Below are positions 1 to 10,790 of a DNA stretch of 64,000 nucleotides, piece by piece. Positions within the stretch are counted from its first letter, which is position 1; the number at the start of each line of letters is the position of its first letter. This DNA is from Octopus sinensis. Its lineage: Eukaryota. The stretch spans positions 69,254,001-69,318,000 of the forward strand of contig NC_043008.1 of the NCBI RefSeq assembly GCF_006345805.1, given 5' to 3'. The position numbers and the translations under genes are program-made. Under the pieces are notes generated by a model. It had not been told where the DNA came from and made no database searches. It saw nothing but the letters and a program-made list of their open reading frames with translations.

Positions 1-633
1 GATGTGCCGTTTGTCATTTGGTAGCTGAGGTGTGACATCTTTGGATGTAATGAATGAGATTTCAACTGAGGTATGTAGTTTGTTGTGTACCAAAGATTTG
101 AATCTAAAGGTTATTTAAATGATGGCTTCCATATTGCTGGAGTAGCAACATTCTTTTATAGAATCACTAAATATTTAGTATTGAACCATCTCCAGGCCGT
201 CAGGAGAAAGCCAAGTCATTGAAATGTAGTGTAATTTACTCTGTCTTATTGATTTCTGGTCACCATGACAGGGTAACAGATGGATATATCGTCTCTCTCT
301 CACCACCCCCAAACTCACACACGTACGCACGCACACACGTATGCACGCACGCACGCATGTACGCACGCACACAAGCACGCACACACACGCATACACACAC
401 ACATAGTTGCAATCGCAACCATTATACTGCGGCCATTCTTTGTCATAAGCTTCAAAGGGTTTTAACCAAATATTAATCCCAGTCTGTTACTCCTTTTATC
501 AATCCTTGTTCATGGTTGATTGCACTCTTTAGTGATGTTCAAACTGATTTACAACTGCATACACAAACACAGACATACATTCAAATATGTGTATGTGTAT
601 GTGTGTGTGTGTTTGTGTGCATGTGTGTGAGAC

Positions 634-791
634 TTGTTTGTCAGTAGGGATTCCGTATATTTTCTGTCATCCAAATTTCACTCCGTACCTACGTTACAAG
701 ATATTTGCCTAAAACCCCGTGTAGTGGGATCGAGTCAAGAACCACGTGACTGTGAAGCGAACTTCTTAACTACGCAGCCTTTACGTGCGCC
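634..791 (-). mobile_element. tRNA-derived SINE, family B (5' part, decayed)
   Basis: The reverse complement GGCGCACGTAAAGGCTGCGTAGTTAAGAAGTTCGCTTC...GGTTCTTGACTCGATCCCACT aligns by eye with the heads of the copies at 39801 and 60228. Confidence 0.7.
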
Positions 792-1216
792 AGTACATAC
801 ACACATACATACATAAATACATACATACATTCATACATACAAGTGTGCGCGCGTGCGTCTATATATACATGTATACATACATGTATATATATATATATAC
901 ATTTATATATGTATATATACGTATGTATATACATACATACATAGATAGATAGTCACACACGCACACGCTCACACACACAAAGATATATATATATATATAT
1001 ATATTTATGTGTGTGTGTGTGTGTTTCTGTATGTATGTTATGTGTATGTGTGTGGTGGTGGTGGTGGTGGTGGTGGTGGAAGTCAACTGCTGGAATGCCA
1101 AGCAGTACAGCATGTCGGTGTCCAACTGACCCTACTATACTGTGTAGTCGACAAAATTAAAAACAAACAATGCGCCTGCGCGATATCAAAGAATATAAAA
1201 TGGCGACAATTTGCCC

Positions 1217-1247
<31 letters not shown>

Positions 1248-1319
1248 CACAGAGACACAGACACACACACACATATATATAGTTTAAATTTGCAAAAAAA
1301 CAAAAGACGAGGACAGTTG

Positions 1320-1420
1320 TAGGAACAACAAGCAGGTGTATTTGTTTGACGCTCGGGAAAATGGTAAAGTCTTTTATGTTTCGAGCCGACGCTCTTCGAC
1401 AGAAAGGAATAAGAGGGAAA
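1320..1420 (-). mobile_element. Penelope-like terminal remnant with a hammerhead-like motif
   Basis: The minus strand reads CTTT-CTGTCGAA-GAGCGTCGGCTC-GAAAC-ATA-AAAG, giving a stem I, a variant core, a stem II and GAAA. Confidence 0.45.
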
Positions 1421-1672
1421 AATGGAGAGAGATTGAAAAACAGGAAAGAGAAAAAAACGGTGTAGAATCCAGCGATCGAACATGACTGGGAAAAAAAGAG
1501 GTTGTATGAAAGGGTGAACTAAGGTGTGCGTGAGAATGGTGAGAATGGTGTGTGAGTATGTATGTGTGAATGAGGTGAGTGAGTGAGTGTGACCTGTGTG
1601 TGTGTGTGTGTGTAACGTGTGCGTGTGTGTGTTTAGTGGTGCGTGTGAGGTGAGGGTACCGGACGGTATGTT

Positions 1673-1714
<42 letters not shown>

Positions 1715-2006
1715 TGTTTGTATATATACTATTTTACTATGAGCCTCCATAGTAGCTTTCTCTCTGTAACTCGCAAAGTCTTTCGGGTTTGTTTATTTAA
1801 ATATTATTTATGTAGTATTCAGACAGTTTACGTATTTATTAACTAAATTTGACTGAAATTGATAGGCGAGGGTTTGGCCAATAAGATTCGCAAGGAGCCA
1901 TGACAGCAATGATTTGTGGGTTCGATTCAACCTGAGGTTAGCCCATCATTTTTTTCGGTCATTTGTTTATATTTAAAAATTGTCGCTTTAAAATCATTAT
2001 GATATT

Positions 2007-2048
<42 letters not shown>

Positions 2049-3389
2049 GACCGAGAAATTCAACAAGAGACGCGTGCACACACACACATCATACTGGAGG
2101 TTGTACTGATTGCAATATCGAGTTCAACATCAGAGGGGTGGGGAATATACCTGTAATTCAATGCTCAACTAAGAAATGGTCATGATTTTTCTCTGAGTTT
2201 TACTCTATTAAATCCTCATAGTTGCATAGGAGAATTTGTAGAACGTGAAAACCCAAAATTTGATGGAAATGTAGCGTTGGTAACATTTATGTGTCCGTGC
2301 CTCGATATTTGATTGGTGACAATGAATCGAAAATATGTCTTCCCGTTAATCTCATACAATCTTTTGAACAGTTTTCTATATTAAATCATGTGTAGATATA
2401 GATGGAATTGAAAAACTAAATAAAACAGGAGACGATAACTATGTGAGATACTATAGCGGATTAACAATTTATGACTGGTTTTAAATGTATTGCACTGAGT
2501 GAAGTTGAGTAATATATAAATATAGGAGGATAGAAAGTAATTATATAAGAAGTGATGAAAGAAAAGTAGATGCAAAGAATGTGAAACAGAATATGTGCGA
2601 GGGAGAGAGAGAGAGGGAGAGTAGGAGAGAGGAAGCGTGAAGTGTAACGACCCCATGCGTGTTGGAATACAATAAGTGAAACGACTGATAATGCTCCCCA
2701 GAACTGTCCCGCAGTCAAATCTATGGTTCCGCTAAACTGGGAGACATAGAAAAAGTATTAAAAAGAAGAAAAAGAATCTTAGAGAGCAAGAAAGAGAAAT
2801 AGGAAGAGAAAGCGTGAGTGATTCGTAGAGAAAGAATGAAATAAAGAGTTATAGACAGTGAACGAGACGGAGAATGAGCGAGAGAGAGAGGGAGAGAGAG
2901 AGAGAGAAAGAAAAAGGAGAGAGGAAGAACATAAAATACGTTTTAAATATGTAAATCTACAATACCATTTGTGTTAATGCCCATTGTCCATGCTCAACCA
3001 TCCGCTTGGTAACTAACTTCTAACATCCGGCCCGCTTTCCTCAATAACTGCGCTAAAAGTTTTTATGTCTCTCTTATTGGCATGGAGGAAGTGTATTTGA
3101 CTGGAGATGAGATTTAGTCAGTGAAGCTAGTACAACCAGTTAGTAAATATCAAAACCAATAAAAATCTGATTGATTGCCATTTCTATTTTCAATAAACTG
3201 AATTACAAGCTTTCATCTGTGATGGATAAACATCGTACAAGCTGAGGCAGGTTTTGTTTATTTTCATAGAATATTCACTGCCTGGTCCACCTACATAAAT
3301 GCAGGTCTCTTCTATTACATGATGTGGAGAGTGAAGGTGAAATATGGTCAGATCATCTCAGCTAGTAGTAATCATGTTGAACCATGTTG

Positions 3390-3600
3390 AACCATGGAAG
3401 AAACCACCAGAATATTCTGTAGAAGTGTTTATCAAGAGCAGATCACACCACTTGTAGTTGTTGTTTCCGAATGGTGAAGGAGGGAGGTATTTTGAATGTT
3501 TAATTCCTGCCAACACCACGTCATATATACAACAAACATATTGACAGTCTATGCGACAGGAACCTCTCTATTTTGAAAATCAACCTGCTAGAAATGACAA
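3390..3600 (+). mobile_element. Decayed Helentron/Helitron2-type Rep fragment
   Basis: One frame with stops reads PWKKPPEYSVEVFIKSRSHHL*LLFPNGEGGRYF...SYIQQTY*QSMRQEPLYF. This resembles the Rep-region pattern KP...FPxLFPxGxGG...YFxQR...RF.xDPxYxF. Confidence 0.4.
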
Positions 3601-3896
3601 CTAAATATTACCTCAAATTACATATTTCTGTTTGAATAAGACATATTGGATCATGTAGTCCATGGTAGACACTACCTGAGTAGTAGCAGCAACAGCAGCA
3701 ACATCATCACCAACCATGGAAACGACAGAAAAAAAAAAACAGGAATAACAAGAACAATATAATTATTGACAACCGCAGAGCAACAATAAAAACAACAGTA
3801 ACAATAATACCAATAATAGGATAGCAACAGCTACAGTAACAGTAACGAAAATAACAATAGCAGTAAAAAATATGCTGACGGTACTGAACGGTGCAA

Positions 3897-4129
3897 GGCG
3901 GTGAGCTGGCAGAAACGTTAGCACGCCTGGCGAAATGCGTAGCTGTATTTCGTCTGTCGTTACGTTGTGAGTTCAAATTCCGCCGAAGTCGACTTTGCCT
4001 TTCATCCTTTCGGGGGTCGATAAATTAAGTACCAGTTACGCACTGGGGTCGATGTACTCGACTTAATCCGTTTGTCTGTCCTTGATTGTCCCCTCTGTGT
4101 TTAGCCCCTTGTGGGTAGTAAAGAAATAG
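3897..4129 (+). mobile_element. tRNA-derived SINE, family A (full length)
   Basis: Head GGCGGTGAGCTGGCAGAA, B-box-like GAGTTCAAATTCC and tail AAAGAAATAG. Near-identical to the copies at 10273 and 41468. Confidence 0.9.
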
Positions 4130-4304
4130 GCATTTCGTCTGCCACTACGTTCTGAGTTCAAATTCCGCCGTGGTCGACTTTACCTTCATCATTTCGGAGT
4201 CGATAAATAAAGTACGCACTGGGGTCGATGTAATCGACTTAATCCCATTGTCAGTCCTTGTTTGTCCCCTTTATGTTTAGCACCTTGTGGGCAATAAAGA
4301 AATA
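4130..4304 (+). mobile_element. SINE family A, headless copy directly following the previous SINE
   Basis: Starts at GCATTTCGTCTG, retains GAGTTCAAATTCC and ends in AATAAAGAAATA. Confidence 0.85.
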
Positions 4305-4864
4305 TATATATTTGAAGGAGTTGCCCAGCGTGGTTTGAACAAAAATGAACTAAAAATGTAAAGACAAAAACACGACACAGGATGATGTCATGTCTATATT
4401 TGGAGGCTGAGGTGTTGGTGGTGGTGGTGGAGTTGGTGATGGTGGTTGATGGAGTGATAATACGCAGCTCTTAGACAAACATTCATAACACATAAGCTTA
4501 AAGCAGGAAATATAGTTAGCAGTTAATCTCTTTCTGGACAGATTGGGGGAAAGGTGTTTTCTGAGGAACCAAAGAATTCAATATCAAAATCTAAATACAA
4601 AACACGATTATATTAGAATGTTGTGAGAATGGTAAATATTTAACATCCATCAAAGAATGAAAGGTGATGATCAAAATATTAGTTATTTTCTCTCATCACA
4701 GCAGCCTAACACTATTTCTCATTAATTACTCAGGTGAAGGAGCTATGTCGACGGCCCGACATCTTAAATATTACATTACATTATACATCATAATATATGT
4801 TTAATTAGAAATGATTTTTTAGAAAGAATTAATTAGACGAAGAAGTACTTTATGTATTACACAC

Positions 4865-5030
4865 GTAGACACAACATGCACGATTGGTAAAGCAGTATGC
4901 TTCGCAATCGCGTGGTCAAGGGTTCGATTCGACTACATGGTAGCTTAAGAAAATCTCTTTTGTTATTGATCGGGTCGACTTAAACCTTGTAAGTGAAACA
5001 AGTTTGACGGAAACTGGGGGAATGGTTTGC
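4865..5030 (+). mobile_element. SINE family B, old decayed 5' part
   Basis: GGTAAAGCAGTATGCTTCGCAATCGCGTGG...GGGTTCGATTCGACTAC...TTTGACGGAAACTG follows the family B head and body. Confidence 0.5.
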
Positions 5031-5044
5031 ATCAGTAATTCATA

Positions 5045-5205
5045 TATACAGTCTTGATACTAACTTTATCACGCTGGTTCTATCTCATGGTTAGGTTAAA
5101 GGTGCACGTGTCTATGGAATACGCAGCCACTTATACATTAAGCCAATGAGCAAGTAATTCAGTGGGTTGAACAAGTGAATTTTGATCGTCAAAACCGACG
5201 AAGAT
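5045..5205 (+). mobile_element. SINE family C, 3' fragment (decayed)
   Basis: Similar to 58180-58295 (...CACGTGTCTATGGAATACGCAGCCACTT...). Confidence 0.45.
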
Positions 5206-5610
5206 CCATCTACGTACTTTACGCTAATAACATCGATGGTAGTTAATATACAATTCGAAATCCTGTAAAAAGTAGACGTCAGATGATGTTGGGGTGGGGT
5301 GGAGAAATAAACATATAATGCAATCGTGGAAGGGGCTACTCCAAGGGGATTTTGTTTTGAGGGGGAACTATAAGGTTTTATTGTTGGTTATGAGGAGTAA
5401 GAGGCTCCTCAATAAGGATGATGAGTTGATGGAGTCGGGCAGACTAGGTGGGCCTAATTGGAGAACTTATACAGTTGACTAGCTGGGGATGCAGAAAATA
5501 AAGGCAGTAAGTCAATAAAAGAATGATCACACATTAATAGGGAGATAAACCGATCATGAAGAACAAAGAACAAAACATGGTTAGATCGTTTGAAACAGTC
5601 TGATAACTTT

Positions 5611-5780
5611 AATATTGATTTCGAATTTTGGCACAAGGCCAGCAATTTTTTTGTGGGGCGGGGGGTCTATTAGATCCACCCCAGTGCTCAGCAGCTACTT
5701 ATTTTATCGACCCCGAAAATATGAAAAGCAGAATCTACCTCGATGGAATTTGAACTCAAAGCGTAAAAACGGACGAATTC
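5611..5780 (-). mobile_element. SINE family A variant, headless
   Basis: The reverse complement starts TTCGTCCG..GAGTTCAAATTCC and ends CTTGTGCCAAAATTCGAAATCAATATT, the same tail type as 10524-10740. Confidence 0.8.
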
Positions 5781-6012
5781 TTATTTCTTTATTGCCCACA
5801 AGGGGCTAAACATAGAGAGGACAAACAAGGACAGACAAAGGAATTAACTGAATTACAACGACCCCTGTGCGAAACTGGTATTTAGTTTATCGACCTCGAA
5901 AGGATGAAAGGCAAAGTCGACATTGGTGGAATTTGAACTCAGAACGTAACGGCAGACGAAATACAGCTACGCATTTCGCCCGGCATGCTAACGTTTCTGC
6001 CAGCTCGCCGCC
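5781..6012 (-). mobile_element. tRNA-derived SINE, family A (full length)
   Basis: The reverse complement runs from GGCGGCGAGCTGGCAGAAACGTTAGC to AATAAAGAAATAA. Confidence 0.9.
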
Positions 6013-6049
6013 TTCTTCGGCTGTTTTAATTTTAAAAAATCAAAAATTA

Positions 6050-6260
6050 ACGAGAGGATGAGGAGGATGAGTGGAGGTGGAGGAGGAGGAGGAGGAGAAG
6101 GGGAGAAGTAGAAGGTGGAGGAGGAGGGGTAAACGAGAAGGCAGAAGAAAATAGGAAGAGCAAGAGGTAGAGGAGTAAGGGAAGGAAGTGGAGAAGCGAA
6201 ACAGGACTGGGGTAGTGGTGGGGGAAAGATGACGAGTATGATAAGTAAGGTTAAAGAAGA
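6050..6260 (+). repeat. (GGA)/(GAA)-rich polypurine tract
   Basis: Direct inspection. Confidence 0.85.
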
Positions 6261-7089
6261 GAGAAAGTTGTCTTCTGACTATGGACATTGTCGGAATGTA
6301 TGCAACAGAGTGGTCTCGCTCAAATATCAGGGCCCATTAAACTAGTCGATGCATCATGACTTCATGCCAATAACAGGTATTCTACGCCAGTGGTGTTGTT
6401 CAACCATCGTCCATACAGAACACACTGGTTGACCAGAGGCTATGGAAGTGGTTTCGTTACCAAAGTGCCTCCTTGTCGAATGAAACCCGACACCAAAAAT
6501 TGGGGAATAATACTTCTTAACAACACAACCATTCTTGCACAGCTGAAATATGATCATTAAATCCAGCCGATGGACTGGATTCAATAAGTGAAGTGGATGA
6601 ACAGAATGCCATTTTGAAAAGTAGCAATCGAGGTCGTTCCAATTTCTAAAATTATAAACGGGTCTACGTTTAACCACACTACTCAGTCTTAGAAATAGGA
6701 CACGCTGAATGATGTACCCCAACGTAGATAAATTATATGTGACTATTATATTGCAATAGAAGGATATCACGGACACGGCTGGAAATTTTTTCCTAGATCT
6801 GCCGCTCCAAAAACTAAATTGGAAATATTAACTGATAATCATTAACATAATATGTTCCAATGCTCATATAAGACTCTGTGCTTATATATATGTGTTTTTG
6901 TGTGTGTGTGTGTATATATATACATATATTTATAGGCTATTATATCTATATATATGCTATATATATATATATATATACATATGTAGGTATATGTGTATAT
7001 ATATATAACTGAATATATTTATATTTATGTGTGTCTCCCCCTCACCATTCTTCATGGTCTCCTCGCACCATTCCCCTTCTTCTCTCCCT

Positions 7090-7705
7090 TCCTCTTGCTC
7101 CTCCTCCCCCATTCCCGTCGTCCATCTGCGACGATACTTCCGTCGTAACTGCTATCCTGTTTTCTCGCTCGCCTTCTAAGGCTACTGGTCGACATTCCTG
7201 CTCTCTCGTCGTCCACTATAATCCAGCGTTTGCAATAATTTTTTCGTCTGGCGTAAACAGCCCTTCTTATCTTGTTCTCCTTGTTCCTGTTTCTTACTGT
7301 TATTATATTTATTTTTCCCATGTTTATATATATTTTTTTACTGTTTATATGTTTACTGTCGTTACCGTCTTGCTTTTTTTACCATTTTTTACCCCTCTGC
7401 GAAAAGGATCTCAGAATTTTAATTGATTTGCTTTTCGCAGGAAGGAAGTTTCTTCGAAGATACGTCTCGCTTTTATCCTTCGAAACGTAGAGTAGATGAA
7501 ACCTTAGCGACTGAAGAAGGGTTTTTTTCCTTGTGCTAATTGTCCTGTACTCCTTATTTTCTTGTCCTGTTCCTTGGTTTGTGTCTATGTTTTTCGTCTC
7601 TCTATGTGTTCGACGTCTTTTTGGTGTCCTGTACACATATATGCGTGTATATGTACATGTAGAGGTAGGTACGTACATATATGTTTATATATATGCATAT
7701 GTTCT
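7090..7705 (+). mobile_element. Probable Penelope-like 3' end/pLTR remnant
   Basis: C/T-rich decayed coding-like stretch followed by CCTTCGAAACGTA and CTGAAGAAGGG hammerhead-like half motifs. Segment 7555-7700 recurs in inverted orientation at 26420-26560. Confidence 0.45.
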
Positions 7706-7718
7706 ATTCTTTTATTAA

Positions 7719-7765
<47 letters not shown>

Positions 7766-7903
7766 ATAGAGGAGAGAGAGAAAGAGATGGAGATAGAGAT
7801 GGGGAGAGAGGTAAGGATTCAAATAAATAGATACTTTTGCTCTTGTTTGTTTAACGGAACTGATGTCCATCTATGCACACACACATATGCATGTACACAA
7901 ATT

Positions 7904-7946
<43 letters not shown>

Positions 7947-7969
7947 GTATATATGTATTATACACAGGT

Positions 7970-8185
7970 ATACACATAAGTGCAAGACAAAGTGGAAAAT
8001 ATAGTACTTGAATACCAAGGTAGAGTAAAATATACTTTTATTAAAGCCGCAAAATTATCACGAAAAGCTCTTACTCGGAGTTTCACGTTCCCGTTCGTTG
8101 GACACTTTTTCATTTCAACTGGCCGACGAACGTGAACGTGAAACTCTGAGTAACAGTTTTTGTGACAATTTTGCAGCTTTAATAA
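7970..8185. mobile_element. Penelope-type inverted terminal structure: 148-bp imperfect palindrome carrying a minimal hammerhead
   Basis: Arms at 8038-8103 and 8121-8185 are reverse complements with about 8 mismatches, and a hammerhead fold lies at 8117-8158. The left part recurs at 26670-26775. Confidence 0.65.
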
Positions 8186-8240
8186 ATGCGTGTATGTATG
8201 TAATATATATATATATATATATATATAGATACATAGATAC

Positions 8241-8271
<31 letters not shown>

Positions 8272-8277
8272 CATACA

Positions 8278-8313
<36 letters not shown>

Positions 8314-8364
8314 TATGCATGTATTTATGACTATATGTGTATATATGAACATATATGCACACCT

Positions 8365-8600
8365 TAACTTTATTATCTCCCTTTATATCACTCTCCAAAA
8401 GTTTCCTCCAACACTAGTCCCACTTTCGCCCCTAACACGTGTTGAAAGAACACGTGCTTTATGTCCATTTTGCACCTCCGCTACCTATTTCACCACTGTA
8501 ATTCCTACTTCGCTATTATTTCTACCCCTGAATTTTACTTTTGCATATTTAGGCTCACCTTGCCATTTCTCCACTCCACTTTTCATCACTGGAGCTACCA
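8365..8600 (-). mobile_element. Decayed APE endonuclease fragment of an RTE-like LINE
   Basis: The minus frame reads GVEKWQGEPKYAKVKFRGRNNSEVGITVVK*VAEVQ, resembling the RTE pattern ETKWKG...Y.G...NGVGIIV....VEV. Confidence 0.35.
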
Positions 8601-8699
8601 CGACCTTGTATATTACTATTTGACAAGGTTAAGTAGTAATAAATATCGTTATAGTATGAATTAACTACTTCTGTTGTTACTTTGGCCTCCTCTCCACAA

Positions 8700-9170
8700 G
8701 TTGGAAGTGTCTACGGAACATTTAAGGTATATCTTTCTTTAGAAGTTTAAAGATGCTGCATATGCTTTCCGAAATATTCGTGATGTGATAGATTCCTTAA
8801 ATGAAAGGATTAATCCAGATGGTTTCAAAGATTTAGAAAGGGTGATTTCAGTTAAATATAAACTCCACGGATAGGTCGTCTTGTTCCGTTTAATGAAGAG
8901 CTGCGTTTGTCAGAACATGATCGAAATGGTGGTGTTACGGTTGAAAAATCAGCTGAAAAGGTGAATTCAAGCTATTCAACAGTTCACCGACATTTGCAAC
9001 AGCTTGGAATGGTGCCTAAACTTGGAAAATGGGTTCTTCATAATTTGACAGAAAACAAGTGTACAGCATGAGTGGACATCAGCGCTTCTTTTACTCTCAC
9101 GTGAATGTATACCGCCATTTTTGGACAGATTATTGGCTGCTGATAAGTGGATCTTTTATGCCGATAAGAT
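8700..9170 (+). mobile_element. Mariner transposase pseudogene, N-terminal half
   Basis: Frameshifted reading EHLRYIFL...WFQRFRKGDFS...SYSTVHRHLQQLGMVPKLGKWVLHNLTE...PFLDRL includes a WVPHEL-like motif. Confidence 0.85.
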
Positions 9171-9439
9171 ATATATATATATTATATATATATATATTAT
9201 ATATATTAGATATAATTATATTATATTATCCACATATATATTCATATAATCATTTATATATATAAAGATATATATGTATATATATATATATATATTTGCG
9301 TCTGTGTGTGTGTGTATGCGTGTGTATGTGTGTATGTATGTTTCTATACACTCATAGAATCCAGGATCGTTAAACTCTATGATGTACTTGGAATCAGTTC
9401 CATAATATGGAAGTCATTGACTCTGATCCTTTCCCCATA

Positions 9440-9490
9440 GACATCGCAGCCATCATTACCATCATCACGAACATCAACATCACCACCACC

Positions 9491-9536
<46 letters not shown>

Positions 9537-10030
9537 GCAGCAGCAGCGCCACTACTTGTAACGCCGCCTATAACACTATCACGAACACAACTGCCTCAAC
9601 TAATTCCACCACTACCAATACCGACTCCAATAACAACGTCAACATCACCACTTTTATCGCTGCTAGCCGTACCTCTAACTCCACCGCCTTCGCCATTACA
9701 GCTATTAACATCAACACTAAGACCATGATTATTACCACTACCAACACTACCAATCACAACACCAATGCAACCACAGTTGTCAGCACCAACACAATCACCA
9801 CCCCGAACATCGCTGGGAACACCAGCAATAATACCACCAGCAAAAACTCACCGCTGCTGCCGCCGCCATCATCACTACAGTTGTCAGCACCAACATTAAC
9901 ACTACCAACTACACGCCACGATCCTCCACCAGCGCCTCACCAACAGTTCCCCAAACATTACTAACACCATTATCACCAGCATTACCAGACCTATCATCGA
10001 CATGAACGCCAGCACAACTTCCACAGTATT
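9440..10030 (+). repeat. Degenerate (CAA)/(CAC)/(CAT) low-complexity tract
   Basis: Pure CAC, CAA and CAG runs at 9480-9546 within a C/A-rich decayed tract. This explains the Thr/Asn-rich 185-aa ORF. Confidence 0.8.
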
Positions 10031-10272
10031 CCCGAATAGCAACAACTGCTAAGACGATCATCGAAGAATTAGACGATCTGCAGAAAACAAAAGCTGAATG
10101 TTCTTCAAACCAAATTTTACTATCTTGAATAATTTGGTCGTAGGCTCTCTGTTGTCCTGGGGCTGAGCAACAACAATAACAACAACGATAGGAGAATACA
10201 GGATAGTGTCAGAAGTAGGAAGCCAGATACAGCAATGGAGTGGTGGTGGTGATGGTTGTAGGTATGGCATAA

Positions 10273-10504
10273 GGCGGACGAGCTGGCAGAATCGTTAGCA
10301 CGCCGGGCGAAATGCGTAGCCGTATTTCGTCTGCCGTTGCGTTCTGAGTTCAAATTCCGCCGAGGTCAACTTTGCCTTTCATCCTTTCGGGGTCGATTAA
10401 ATAAGTACCAGTTACGCACTGGGGTCGATGTAATTGACTTAATACCTATGTCTGTCCTAGTTTGTCCACTCTATGTTTAGCCTCTTGTGGGTAATAAATA
10501 AATA
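10273..10504 (+). mobile_element. SINE family A (full length, younger)
   Basis: Complete head-to-tail match to the copy at 41468-41698. Confidence 0.9.
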
Positions 10505-10523
10505 GGTTGTAGGTATGGCATAA

Positions 10524-10740
10524 GGCGGACGAGCTGGTAGAATTGTTAGCACGCCGGGCAAAATACTTAGTGGTATTTCGTCTATCGCTACGTTCTGAGT
10601 TCAAATTCTTTTGGGGTCGACTTTGCCTTACATTCTTTCTGGGTCGATAAATTAAGTACTAGTGAAACACTGGGGGTCGATATAATTGACATATCCCCTC
10701 CCCCAAAATTGCTGCCCTTGTGGTAAAATTTGAAATCATC
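10524..10740 (+). mobile_element. SINE family A variant (older tail type)
   Basis: Head GGCGGACGAGCTGG and tail CTTGTGGTAAAATTTGAAATC. Confidence 0.85.
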
Positions 10741-10790
10741 ATTATTATAATAATAATAATAATAATAATAATAATTATTATTATTATTAT

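Noticed and set aside
9407-9964. 185-aa Thr/Asn-rich mucin-like ORF
   Set aside because: It lies entirely in a decayed CAA/CAC tract where C/A-rich triplets cannot form stops. There are no splice or domain signals.
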